A stretch of 64,000 bases of DNA from Octopus vulgaris (taxonomy: Eukaryota): NCBI GenBank assembly GCA_951406725.2, contig OX597832.1:57784001-57848000 (forward strand). Direction: 5' to 3'. The position numbers were made by a program, and so were the translations under genes. Positions 1 through 12,780 of this stretch are shown here, piece by piece (positions within the stretch are counted from its first letter, which is position 1; each line of letters starts with the position of its first letter). The notes under the pieces are model-generated. The model made no database searches, had not been told where the DNA came from, and saw only the letters and a program-made list of their open reading frames with translations.

Positions 1-118
1 AAGCACCACGCGTAACAACTAAACACTGAGGTGGATTCCTTTGGCTAAAATTCTTCAAGGTGGTGCCCCAGCATGGTCGCGATTTAATGAGTGAAACGAG
101 CGAAAGAAATTAAAAAGA
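1..118 (+). mobile_element. 3' tail fragment of SINE family A
   Basis: ggtgccccagcatggtcgc...gtgaaacgagcgaaaga is a diverged match to the tail of full copies such as 35738-35786. Confidence 0.6.
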
Positions 119-169
119 AACAGTCAATGCATTCAACGCTAATTATGAATATGTTTTATACAATTTCAG

Positions 170-293
170 TTCGCTTGAACTTGCTGTGAAACACAAGACA
201 CATGTTGATACGGTTTTAGCATACAGACAGAAATATCTGCAAAACTTTAATAAAACTGAAACAAACAAGAAATTCCTTCAGTACATGGAAACG
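170..293 (+). CDS. IFT80: Internal (probably penultimate) coding exon of intraflagellar transport protein 80
   Basis: Acceptor caatttcAG (168-169) and donor ACG|GTAAGT (294-299) bound a 124-nt exon translating to [41 protein letters not shown]. This matches the conserved IFT80 C-terminal segment [41 protein letters not shown], recalled from the human protein. Confidence 0.93.
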
Positions 294-617
294 GTAAGTT
301 CTGTATTTCTTTATTTTTCTGAAGCGAATCTATTTTCAGAGTTAATTTGCAATATTTTTTCAGCTTCTGAATTGATTAATATTAGAAATTCTGCTAGTGT
401 TTTTGTGTTTAATACGGCTTGAAGGAATTATAATTTCTGTGTGGTTTATACACGTATTTGATAATATTTATACATACACACTCTATAAGCAATATGAGTG
501 CATAGATAGAAAGTGAGTTATATTTACGCAAGTAAGTAATACATAGATAGAAACTGAGTTATATTTACACATATTGCTTGCATTTTGTGTAATGTAAGCA
601 ATAAGGATGCATAAATA

Positions 618-1183
618 TTGGGTTGTCCGGAAAGTTTGTGCTGATTTGTAGCAGCTTACCTTTCAACTTATTTTAGAACATGGTTGAGTCCATAAAATAG
701 GATTTGATTACACCTCCATTTAGAGCACAGTTTAAGCTATCTTTTCGTGGAAGAAAGTTTATGTTCCTATAACCTGTGTTAATTCTGTAAACCTTTAAAA
801 TGGAAGATAAGAATGTTCATTTTCGGCACTTGATGCTTTGGGAACCAGACAAAAATTGCTGCAGCTTGGCTGGGATATGTTACCCCACCCTTCATATTCA
901 CCAGATATTGCTCCTTCGGATTTCCACTTATTCAGGTCTCTGCAGAATAGTCTTAATGGTAAAAATTTCAATTTCTTGGATGACACAAAAAGATACCTTG
1001 ATGAATTCTTTGCCATGAAACCACCTCAATTCTGGGAAGAAGGTATTTTTAAGTTAAAGGAAAGATGGAGATGCATTGTGCAACAAAATGGTTCATATTT
1101 GGTTGATTAAAAATGTAATGGCAAGTATTTATTGACCTTTTTCTTTCCTTTAAAAATTGGCACATATTTTCTGGACAACCTAA
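618..1183 (+). mobile_element. Internally deleted mariner (mellifera-like) element, copy 1
   Basis: TIRs ttgggttgtccggaaagtttgtgctgattt / aaattggcacatattttctggacaacctaa, with TA on both sides. The transposase N-terminus MEDKNVHFRHLMLWE is fused out of frame to the C-terminus TRQKLLQLGWDMLPHPSYSPDIAPSDFHLFRSLQNSL...QNGSYLVD (mariner YSPDLAPSD motif). Length 566 bp. Confidence 0.93.
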
Positions 1184-1978
1184 TAGAAAGTAAATTATGC
1201 AATACAAATAACAAGGTGATATTTTTTTCAAGCACAGAGTTGCCATTAGAACAGCTGAAATACCAGGTAAATTACCCTTACAAGGCAGAAAAATTTGTCA
1301 ACGACCAGCCCTTCGAGGTCGATAAATTAAGTACCATTTATGTCCTGGGATTGATCTAATCGACTGGCTCCCTTCTCCAAAATTTCGGGCCTTGTGCCTC
1401 GAGTATAAAAGATTATTATTATTATTATTATTTGCATTTGAAAAAATGTTATCTTCTTATTAGTATCTTACGATACACATTTTCCATGCACCTGATAAAA
1501 GAACAAATATTTGTTTGTCTACTTTTATATACACAAAATAAATTATATTTACATGCAGACACAACATAAATATTTGTATGTACACAGGAAGTTGGCAATA
1601 TTTTCAAATGTGTGGCTGAGGTAGGCTGCAAGCATAGGACCAGTGATTTCATGTGAATGGCCAAGAGGCCTTGCCGGAAGGAGAGGATGAAGGAAGTGAT
1701 CTGAGACGAAGAATGACTGGTGTGAGCCTCTTTTGCTTTTGGGCTGTTGCTTGGGATGGATGTGGTGGCTGTGTGAGTGGAGGGACCGAGGTGAGGTGGG
1801 TTGGGCTCCTATGGGTATATCCCGGCTGGAAAGGATCGACATGCCAAGAGGACCCGGTAGTAGGTGAATTATGACTTTACCACAGGAAGTGAACCGTATT
1901 GACATGTACACAGAAAGTAAATGATATTTATAAATATGCAGGAAGTATACAATATTGGCATGAAAACAGGAAGCAGAC

Positions 1979-1979
<1 letters not shown>

Positions 1980-2014
<35 letters not shown>

Positions 2015-2190
2015 TTAACATCCATTTTCTGTGCTGGCATGGGTTGATGGTTTGACCAGGGCTGGTAAGTTGAGGGGCTGCACTAAACACCAGTCTGATT
2101 TGGCAGGGTTTCTACAGTTGGATGCCCTTCTTAATATCAACCATTCTGAGAGTGTAACGGGTGCTTTTGCGTGCCACCAACATGGGTGCC
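1980..2190 (-). mobile_element. SINE family C (RTE-related non-autonomous element with (GAT)n tail)
   Basis: Reverse complement of ...ggcacgcaaaagcacc...aagggcatccaactgtagaaac...acccatgccagcacagaaaatggatgttaaatgatgatg. Same family as 18643-18848 and 22452-22697. Confidence 0.75.
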
Positions 2191-2331
2191 ATTATTTACA
2201 ATGACTCTGACTTCACTCGGCTTGATGGGTCTTCTTCTCAAGCACACCTTGTGTTCCAAAGTCATTTGGTCATTTGTCAAGCATATTGCCAACGGTCTCG
2301 GTCATTTGTCAATATTTATACATATAGGAAA

Positions 2332-2962
2332 GCGGCAAGCTGCCAGAAACATTAGCACGCTGGGTGAAATGCTTCTTGGTATTTCATCTGTCTTTACATT
2401 CTGAGTTCAAATTCCGTTGAGGTCACCTTTGCCTTTCATCCTTTCGGGGTTGATAAATTAAATACCAGTTGAGTACTGGGGTCAGTCTAATCGACTGCCC
2501 ACCCCCCTCCCCAAAAGTTTTGGGCCTTGTGCCTAGACTAGAAAAGAATATTTAAGGCACTGAGCTGGCAGAATTGTTAGCATGCCGGGCGAAATGCTAA
2601 GGGGTATTTCGTCTGTCTTTACATTCTGAGTTCAAATTCCGCCAAGGTCGACTTCGCCTTTCATCTTTTTGGGGTCGATAAATTAAGTACCAGTTGCCTA
2701 CTGGTGTTGATCTAATTGACTGCCCCCCTCCCCAAAACGTTCAGAGTAGAAAAGAATATTTATACATATATGAAGTAAACAAGTAGACAATATTTAGCAT
2801 TTTTTTTTGTTTCGCTTCATGTTCTGAGTTCAAATTCTGCTCAGTTTGCTTGTGGGTTTCACCTTTTAGGGTTGATAAAATAAATACTGGTGAAGCACTG
2901 GGGTCGATATAATTGGCTAGCCTCCTCCTCTGAGATATCAGGCCTTGTGCCTGTAATAGAAA
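2332..2962 (+). mobile_element. Three head-to-tail copies of SINE family B
   Basis: Repeated ggcaagctg(g)cagaa...gttagca...gagttcaaattcc (B-box-like)...gcctttcatcctttcggggtcgataaattaagtaccag...ggccttgtgcctagagtagaaaagaat at ~2332, ~2555 and ~2820. Confidence 0.85.
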
Positions 2963-3343
2963 GGTGTGTTTAGGTGTGCAAAGTGTTTAGGTGTGTATTT
3001 ACACATTCTTTCAATAATGATGTACACCAACAGGGAGAATCTAATTGGACATAAAAATCATGTCTGATGATGGGGAAATATTACCCTGCTTGGAAACAGA
3101 TAAGAGTTGGCAACGAGAAGAGCATCTGGCTGTTGAATGGCAACAGGAAGGGCATCTTACTCGGCAAATCACACCTGACCCATGCAAACATAGAAAACTG
3201 GATGTTAAAACGATGAGGATGATGATGATGATGATGATGATGATTTTTCCATCCTTTGTAAGCTGTGGAAAGGCCTTTGTTGTAAACTAAAGCACATTTT
3301 TCAAAAACTGGTCCCTTTGTACCTTCTACTTGTAGACTACATA

Positions 3344-3748
3344 GGCACAGGAGTGGCTGTGTGGTAAGTAGTTTGCTTACCAACCACATGGTTTCAGATT
3401 CATTCCCACTTCGTGTCACCTTGGGCAAGTGCCTTCTACTATAGCCTCAGGCCAACCAAAGCCTTGTGAGTGGATTTGGTAGATGGAAACTGAAAGAAGC
3501 CTGTCGTATATATGTATATATATATATGTATGTGTGTGTATATGTTTGTGTGTCTGTGTTTGTCCCCCCACCCAACATCGCCTGACAACCAATGCTGGTG
3601 TGTTTACGTTCCCGTAACTTAGCGGTTCAGCAAAAGAGACCAATAGAATAAGTATTAGGCTTACAAAGAATAAGTCCTGGGGTCGATTTGCTCAACTAAA
3701 GGTGGTGCTCCAGCATGGCCACAGTCACATGACTGAAACAAGTGAAAG
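3344..3748 (+). mobile_element. Full-length tRNA-derived SINE family A
   Basis: A-box-like gtggctgtgtgg, B-box-like region, CORE-like ccttgggcaagtg, internal (TA)/(TG) microsatellite, and tail ggtgctccagcatggcc...gactgaaacaagt. Further copies at ~7961-8334(-), 11185-11620(-), 14364-14800(+), 20290-20650(-), 28060-28440(-), 57185-57560(-) and 61735-62120(-). Confidence 0.88.
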
Positions 3749-4696
3749 GGTATAGACTAAGAGTACATTTCCATCACCATCACTTCTTGCAGCAGCAGTA
3801 CCCCCCCCCCTCCACCGCTACCACATCCACCACCATCCCACCACTAGTGCCACCATCACCACCATTGTTGCTACTGCTGTTGTCAATTATGTCACTCAGG
3901 ACAGCATTTTTTTAAATTGAATTTTCTGAGAAAAAATTGCAGGGTTCCACAAAATGGAATCTGATAAATGGAAAAAAAAAAAATTAAAAAATGGTATTTG
4001 CCAATGTTAAAATAATTATTACATAATATTTTTTTCTTAATCGCCATCATTTTCACCACCACCACTACTACTATAATCATCATCATCCCCCATCACCACC
4101 ATCACTGCCATCATTATCATCACCTCCAACATACCATCACCACCATTGTCATCATCATTATCAGTTTTTCCAGCCACTTTCCATGTTGGCATGGGTTGGA
4201 CAGATTTTCACCATCCAAGTCCACTCTCACTTGCCATTACAACTCCTAAAACCTAATTTCCATTATGTGTCATTTATATTGGTTTGTAGATCTGGATGTC
4301 CTTCTCAATGCGAACTACTTTACAGTGTAGTGGGTGCATATTTTCATAGCACCAACTCTAGAAGGGTTGATTATACCTTGGCAAGACAGGACTAGAGGGA
4401 TTTCCAAACCCTACACTTTCTCTGCTTATTTGACCTCCCTTCCATCAATCATTCTTGAAGAATATTTAACCTTTAGTATTCTGTAGGTGCATCATGTCAC
4501 TGTATGAGTTTTCTCCCCTGTAGTAGCAGGACAGTGGCAGGGGAAATAAATCCAGAAAAAAAAATGCAGTATGTTAGAGGTTAAAAAAACAGAAACTTCA
4601 AAGAAAAGAAAATTAAAATGTGAGACACTTTCCGTTTAATTCAATAACATGATCCTAATTTTTATAATCTCATGTGATATAAGATATTTTGTTGTT

Positions 4697-4911
4697 TAAT
4701 CCTTTAGCCATATTCAGCCCAAATATTCTACCTGTTTTAAGTTCAAATTGGCTAGATCCAGCCTCTCATACCTGCCCTGCAATGTCATTCTAAAATTTAA
4801 CAGTTAACTCATTGAAATCTCAAAGCTACAAGATAATACATGATTAATTCAAAACAATGTTGATAAATATGTGTTAGATTTGATAAAGTAATCTGAATGC
4901 TAAAGAGTTGA
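4697..4911. mobile_element. Degenerate piggyBac-type MITE (family 2)
   Basis: Ends ttaatcctttagc ... gctaaagagttga approximate TTAA-CCCT...AGGG-TTAA. A related fragment lies inverted at ~53795-53948. Confidence 0.55.
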
Positions 4912-5469
4912 AGCAGTTTTAATCCCAGCTGTTGTTAATCCTTAACCACTACCTTCACTGCAAAAATACATGTAGATGTGTGCCCCTTTAAGTTGATCAG
5001 ATTGAAAAGACAGTGGACGAATAGCAGCGTGATTCAGAGTTGCAGAGAAAAGGGGAAAATGACAGCTGTAAAGGACAGGATGCAATAACAGAAGGAATAA
5101 TGCACAATGGAAGTGTGTTGCACATTCCACTGCACAATTGCTATCTGCTTCTGCTTTGTGTAACTGCATTTGTCTGCTGAACACTGCGGAAGATATGCCT
5201 CAGTGAATGCCTTAGAGGGGGACTATAGGGACAGTTGGCTGCCCCCTGTTACTAGTGTTGCTGCTGCTGCTGCTGTTGTTATGTGTATGTGTGTGTGTGT
5301 GTAAAGTGGCTTAGGCTTGTGAAGGGAGCTGCTGAAATAATTGGGCCCCATTGATGTAGGGTTGAAAAAAAAGGGATCATTGGAGAAAGGAAAAGATGTG
5401 ATTAAACCCAAGAACAACTGTGTATCTCAAGTTTAAACTTATATTTCTTAGTAATGTTCAGATTGCTGC

Positions 5470-5503
5470 TCTCTGTCTGTTTGTCTGTGTATTTGTCTGT
5501 CTG

Positions 5504-5554
<51 letters not shown>

Positions 5555-5644
5555 CTTTATCTATCTGTCTGTCTGTCTGTCTATCTAGCTATCTATTATC
5601 TGTCTATCTATTTATCTATCTGTGTCTGTCTATCTACATCTCTG

Positions 5645-5683
<39 letters not shown>

Positions 5684-5847
5684 GCCTATCTATCTATCTA
5701 TCTGCCTATCTATCTATCTATATATCTATTATCTGTCTATCTATCTATTTATCTGTGTCTGTCTATCTACATACCTGTCTATGTATCAATCTATCTATCT
5801 ATCTGTCTGTCTACATCTCTGTCTGTTTGTCTGTCTCTCTCTTTCTC

Positions 5848-5897
<50 letters not shown>

Positions 5898-6163
5898 CAC
5901 ACACATATATATCTTTCTATGTATGCATGTATTATTTATTTATTTTTCTGTCTATGTACGTATGTATGTATGTATCTATTACCTATCTGTCTATGTGTCT
6001 GTCTGGCCTCTATCAATCAATCAATCAATCAATCAATCCGGCTGTCTTGCTCTGTGTGTGTATGTACGTATGTATGCATTATCTATTGCTATTGTATGTC
6101 TTTATGTTGGTCTCCATGCCTTTCTATCCATCCTGTCTGTATATCTTTATATCTATGTCTGTC

Positions 6164-6203
<40 letters not shown>

Positions 6204-6330
6204 CCTCTATTTCTGCACATATCTATCAGTCAATTCTTCCAGACTATTCCTCCATCCACCCAACCATATATCCATCTCTCTTTTCCTTCCTTCCTTCCTT
6301 CCTACTCTTCTCTCCTCTCCATCCTCTTTA
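5470..6330. repeat. Compound microsatellite (TCTA/TCTG/TA/CT/ATCA)
   Basis: Direct reading; it explains the three long low-complexity ORFs at 5420-6398. Confidence 0.95.
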
Positions 6331-7061
6331 ATGCCATCAAACGTCTTCAGAGGGAAACACCTAAAGCAATGCAGTTAAATTCTAAAACAAAGAATTGAAT
6401 GGTTCCTACAGATTATTTCTTGTTATTTATCCTGATTATGAAATCTCATTCAACAAAAACCAAAATAAGATACAAATATTTACCATTTTATCACTTGCAA
6501 TTCCACTTTTAGAATATTTCACAGTCTGTGAATGGCAATTTTATGTTTTCAATTGAATATGCTGTTTCAATAGAAATTCTAAAACACACACACCTGTCTT
6601 AATTCCATGTTATGGAGATATTCTGATCTCTGATTTCAATATTTCCTTGACAACACTCAAAGTGGTGATCTATTTGAATGGAACGATTCGTGGCATTTAG
6701 TCCTTTGTAGTTACTAAAATGGTGTCTTAGTAGGAAGAAGCATTGCTCCGGTAGATTCTTATGGAATTAGTTTGTAACGGTACTTTGCAGTGCTGTGCAC
6801 ACACAAACACACATACGCACATATGTATGTATATATGCATATATAGATATTCATAGATATACATACTCAGACACACACACACAATCAAATATATAAATGT
6901 ATGTATACATATATATATATATATGCATCTATGTATGTATGTATGTATGTATATATATATATATGCATACACACACCACACACAGACATAAATATATACA
7001 TGTAATATATATATATATATGTATGTATGTATGTGTGTTTATGCAAATATGTATGTACATG

Positions 7062-7153
<92 letters not shown>

Positions 7154-7261
7154 CATTCAAACATAAATATATACATATATACAGATCAAATTGCATATAT
7201 ATGTATATAAAGATAAATATTCAGATGTATATGTAAACACACACACACACATATCTATATC

Positions 7262-7308
<47 letters not shown>

Positions 7309-7405
7309 GTATATAAACACACAAAAATGTATTTGTATGTAAGCACTTTCCCCATATCTTTTCTACGTGTAGTTTCTATTTTCTTTTTGAAACATTTCTA
7401 TTATA

Positions 7406-7445
<40 letters not shown>

Positions 7446-8759
7446 AGATAAAATTCCCACAGCCATATACGGACATTCATAAGAGGTATTGGAAATCATT
7501 ATCGATAATTAGATTTTGCTGCCAAACATGCTATGTTAAATGCCAAGTCAGGTAATATTTATATCTAAGTACTTTCGAAACGCCTCTTGTCTTTACTTTA
7601 CACAAGATATATAAGTATATATATGTGAATATTTGTCTTGTTGTTGTTGCTGTTGAAGAAACACAACAGCAGTGTCGTATCTGGTTTTTGTTTTTCTGGC
7701 ATAATATATCTTAGACTACAATATCCATTGTGCTCTTCCTTTTCTTCTTTTTTTTCTTTGTTTGGTTTCTATGAGAGTCGAGTGTGATGGAAAGGAGATT
7801 TGGCTGCTATTTCTAGCAGTTTAAAAATGCTGAATAGAGGGTTCTAGTTTTGGCTGAATGAATGAATGTGTGTGTGTGTTTGTGCTCACATGCATATGTG
7901 TGTGTATGCATACTTGTGTGTCTATTTGCAAGCATGTGTACGTGTGCCTCTCTCTCTCTCTTTTACTTGTTTCAGTCATTTGACTGCAGCCATGCTGGAG
8001 CACTGCCTTTAGTCGAGCAAATCGACCCCAGGACTTATTCTATCGGTATCTTTTGCCAAACCACTAAGTTATGGGGATGTGAACACACCACCATCGGTTG
8101 TCAAGTGATGTTGGGGGGACAAACACAGACACACAAACATATACACACACACACATATATATACATATATATGATGGGCTTCTCTCAGTTTCTCTCTACC
8201 AAATCCTCTCACAAGGCTTTGGCCGGCCCAAGGCTATTGTAGAAGACATTTGCCCAAGATTCCACACAGTAGGATTGAACCCAGAACCATGTGGTTGGTA
8301 AGCAAGCTACCTACCACACAGCCGCTCCTGTGCCTATGTGTGTGAGTGCATGCTGATAGTTGCAGACCTGAAATGAATTGAAATTCTCTGAAGACATTGT
8401 TTACTCCCAGGTTAAAGACATTCCAACTATGACCATCCATCTTTTTTGTTTCCGGAATAGTATATACTGGATAACTTGCAGTTTAGCTGCTATGTCTTGT
8501 AGGCTGAATTACCACCTGGATATTTCCTCATTGACTTTACATCTCATTACATATCTCAAATGTATGCTTAACTCTGTTTGTCTTATGTTTCCTGGTAGTG
8601 GAAGCACATGGCTTGAATTCTTTCAGTAGAAAATATTTATCCACCAATATTATTCTACTTTGTCATTAGCATTCGTATATATGTATTTTTGTTTGTTTGT
8701 TTGTTTGTTTGTTTTTATGTATGTATGTGTTTGTGTGTGTGTGTGTACATTTGTATATA

Positions 8760-9589
8760 CAGGGAGCGATGGGTAAATTGTCGCCATTTTATATTTTTAA
8801 TTTCGTGCATGTCCATTGTTTGTTTTTGATTTTGTCAACTACACATTATAGTAGGGTCAGTTGGGCACTGTCTGTGAGAAAAACAGCACCATGATGTAAT
8901 TCACTCTGCCAGAAATTTGGAAACAATGTGCTGTACTGCTTGGTATTCATGCCGGAAGCTACAATATGAACATGTTAGAGTGTTTGGGTGTCAATCTGAG
9001 GACATGTACTGAGAGTAATAAAAATCAAACATCCAGTCAGCACACTAGTGATTGTGACGTTATGTCTCCATTCATCTTTGCATACAGCCTCTGACTCAAC
9101 ACGGAGTCCTACATCAAGTGCTTAGAGGTGGTAGTGCTGCCCTGTGTAAAAGGGTGGCTGCTGGAAGACACTGCACCATGCCACGCAAGCAGGGGAATCC
9201 AGTCATGGCTGTCAGACAATTTCTGCAACCACACCACCCCTAACATCTGGCGACCTAACTCCCCAGACTGCAATCTGCTTCATTATTATGTGTGAGGCAC
9301 ATCTGAGTGAGAGACTACCAAAACTCCTAACACCAAAGATGAACTGAAGGCAAGGATTATAGCAGCATTCACCAACTTACACAAGGAGACCATCCAGAAG
9401 AGTTGCAGCAGATTCTGAAGTTGCCTGGAGGCTGTGGTTGAAGCCAATCGCGATTTTATTGAATAAATTTACTCTTTAGTATTTCAAGGTATTTTTATGT
9501 AATTTTGGTAAATGTATCTGGTAAAATGAGATGTCAATGTTATTTTCATTTTTGCCTAATTTAGACGACAGTTTATTCACTGCACCCTG
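8760..9589 (+). mobile_element. Decayed DD37D (maT-like) Tc1/mariner element
   Basis: Imperfect TIRs cagggagcgatgggtaaattgtcgcc / gacgacagtttattcactgcaccctg, with TA at the 5' side. The remnant D-TAPCHASRGIQSWLSDNFCNHTTPNIWRPNSPDCNLL-H(cat for gat)-YYV*G has exactly 37 residues between the second and third catalytic positions. Confidence 0.85.
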
Positions 9590-9591
9590 TG

Positions 9592-9624
<33 letters not shown>

Positions 9625-9636
9625 ACATATACCTAT

Positions 9637-9722
<86 letters not shown>

Positions 9723-9982
9723 GCCTGGTGCAGCTTCTTTGCTTCCCAGACACCTGTCGAACTGTCCAACCCATGCCACCTTAGAAAATGGATGTTAAAC
9801 GATGATGATGATATATACATGTGTAAATATAATGTTTATATATACATATGTGTGTGTGTGTGTGTATGTATAAATATATATGAAGTTAGTTAATTCACCT
9901 TATGCAGGGGAGTGATTGAATGTGAGATGTTTTTCTTTTCTCAAGTTGTCAGCAGCAGTTAGTAATTTAAGGCACTTTATAC

Positions 9983-10016
<34 letters not shown>

Positions 10017-10050
10017 GGACATACATACACACTTCTGACATCATAAAATG

Positions 10051-10090
<40 letters not shown>

Positions 10091-10267
10091 CTTTTTATTT
10101 TTCTTCTATATATTTTTTTATTTCTATTTTCTTCCCTATTTCTAAATTTTGTATTCAATAATCTCTTAATCTGCAGATGGTCACATTTCAGCATATTTTT
10201 CCCATCTTCAGTGTAGATGCTTAAGATTGCATTGCATTGTATCAGTTCAGGCAATGAAAAGAGAAAG

Positions 10268-10308
<41 letters not shown>

Positions 10309-10643
10309 CGGGGAGTGGGGGCTAATAATAGAGAGGAAATGAAGCAAAATGATAAAGCTGATACATTCAGTTTTAAGTACAATCATACTGAATAACGGTT
10401 AATTATTTTCCTGCTAAATCTTGGCGCAGTAGATCAAGTCTTTGAATATTTCAGAAAAATTTCCATTTCAATATTCTTAATTTTTTTTTTTTTCTCTATT
10501 AACCTTGATGTCAGCCATTTTAGTCGTCGTACACAATCTGAATAAGCCAACCTCCATGGTGACAAAGGAAAATCAGCTAAACAGCCAAGCACAGTACTGC
10601 GACTTTTGTTTGTGTAGTATTGGTCGTGACATGCCCTATTTTC

Positions 10644-11072
10644 TAGCATATATTGTAAACATGTAGCATATATAGTAAACATGTAGTACATAGTGCAAAC
10701 ATACAAAACATAGTGCAAACATGTAGCATATATTGCAAGCATGCAGTATATATTGTAAACATGCAGCAGATATTGCAAACATGTAGCATATATTGTAAAC
10801 ATGTAGCATATATAGCAAATATGTAGCATATATTGTAAGCATGTAGCATATATTGTAAACATGTAGCATATATTGTAAACATGCAGTAAACATTGTAAAC
10901 ATGCAGCATATATATATAAACATGTAGTAAACATTGTACACATGCAGCATATATTGTAAGCAGGCAGCATATATTGTAAACATGCAGCATATATTGTAAA
11001 CATGCAGCTTGTATTGTAAACATGTAGCATGTATTGTAAACATGTAGCATATATTGTAAACATATAGTGTAA
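10644..11072. repeat. 20-bp minisatellite (catatattgtaaacatgtag)n, about 21 units
   Basis: Direct tandem periodicity; it produces the repetitive ORFs at 10434-11147. Confidence 0.93.
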
Positions 11073-11621
11073 ACACTTGAACATCATTACAATATTTCCA
11101 AATCCTGCTGCACTTCTCATTGAAATTTTTGGGTCCTCCAGTGTCACCTTACTGTATATGTTGAACTACCAAATTTGGTTACTCTCTTTTTACTCTTTTA
11201 CTAGTTTCAGTCATTCGACTGTCGCCATGCTGGAGCACCACCCTTAGTTGAGCAAATCAACCACAGGACTTGTTCTTTGTAAGCTTAGTACTTATGCTAT
11301 CGGCCTCTTTTGCTGAACCACTAAGTTATGCGTACGTAAACACACCAGCATCGGTTGTCAAGCGATGTTGGGGGGGGGGAGAACAAACACAGACACACAA
11401 ACATATACACACACACAGACACACACATATATATATATATATATATATGTGTTTACATACATATATATGATGGGCTTCTTTGAGTTTCCGTCTACCAAAT
11501 CCACTCACAAAGCTTTGGTCGGCCTGAGGCTATAGTAGAAAACACTTACCCAAGGTGCCATGCAGTAGGACTGAACCTGGAACCATGTGGTTGGGAAGCA
11601 AGCTTCTTACCACACAGCCAC

Positions 11622-12407
11622 TTTTTACCTCTGCCTTAGCAAAGGCAGAGGTATTGTTTTCAGTCATGTTTGTTTGTTTGTTTGTCTGTGGACAAGATAT
11701 CTCAAGAACCGCTGGATGGATTTGGATGAAACTTCCAGGGATGCTTGGCATCGTGACTGGTATGAACTGATTGGATTTGGGGATCAATCTGGTGTTGGAC
11801 AAGGATCCAGGATTATCTTTCCATTTTTTACTTTACATGTATATGTAAAGTTTCCCATAGTTCTCTTGTACACACACACAAATACACACATATACTTACA
11901 CATTACCATCCCATTTCCATTGTACATACACACATGCATACAAACATACCTGTCTTTTACACACACACACACGCATGCAAATATACGTCTCTTTTACGCA
12001 CACACATATACTCACACTTCAAACACTGTTTATCAGCTTTTTCACTCCTACCGTCGTTATTCATCCGTCACCCCTTCCTTTCTCATTCATATGATGCTCT
12101 CTTTGCCACTTTGTTTCATCTTTCTCATTATCATTACTTTCTTTCACTCCCTCTCAGTCATGGCTATTACTCTCACTACTTCTCCTTCACTGTATTAGTA
12201 TTTCATCTCCTCTGCCTTCACCTCTCACTCAACATATATATATGGATGATTATTTTTCTGTTTGAGAGCTATCAGGTTCATTTTTAGTATTCTCGTTTGT
12301 GAGAGCAGTTGATTTTATTTCAGACATTCTCATTTTAAAAATCATCTGTTAATTGTTGAGAGGACGTTGGTGTTGCATTGGCAGAAGTTTGCACTCTGTG
12401 AGTGCTC
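11622..12407 (+). mobile_element. Helentron-associated non-autonomous element (DINE/HINE-like)
   Basis: The 5' end has a T-run plus acctctgcc(ttagcaaa)ggcagaggt subterminal inverted repeat, then a (GTTT)n/GTCT microsatellite and gatatctcaagaaccgctggatggatttggatgaaactt. The 3' end has ggcagaagt followed by the hairpin gcactc-tgt-gagtgc. Confidence 0.75.
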
Positions 12408-12464
12408 ATATATATATATATATATATATCTATATATATCATTTCAAAATTTAACCACATGTTA

Positions 12465-12780
12465 ATTGTTGGTGATGTTTTTATTCTGTCTTCCTTTTCT
12501 ATTGGACTTTCCTCTGTCTCCTGTTTATGAAGAAGAGATCCGCTCAAAACATAAACCTACCTATATATATATACATGCATATATACCTATATACATATTG
12601 GATCACTGAACTCAGCATGTTTTTCCCATTCTCTCTCTATTTCATCTTATTCCTCTCTGTAGAAGAGTGCAAGCTTGAAACGTAAAAGACTTTTCCACTT
12701 TTCCCAAGCGTCAAACTAATACACCCACTTGTTGTTCCAACAGCTCTCTTTATCTTTGTTTTTCTATAAATTTGAACTAT
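12465..12780 (+). mobile_element. Two Penelope-like pLTR fragments with degenerate minimal hammerheads
   Basis: gttt-aTGAAGA-a-gaga-tcc-gctc-aAAA-ca-ta-aac (12523-12556) and ctct-CTGtAGA-a-gagt-gcaa-gctt-GAAA-cg-ta-aaag (~12654-12689); separated and flanked by (TA)n. Confidence 0.65.

Noticed and set aside
294-422. Continuation of ORF 186-422 as a 78-aa protein
   Set aside because: IFT80 similarity stops at the GTAAGT donor; the rest is intron read-through.
3064-3100. CTGATGA...GAAAC hammerhead
   Set aside because: Six extra bases before GAAA, no stem I or III, and it lies within a SINE C variant.
3344-3415. tRNA genes
   Set aside because: The A/B-box heads belong to SINEs and do not form a complete cloverleaf.
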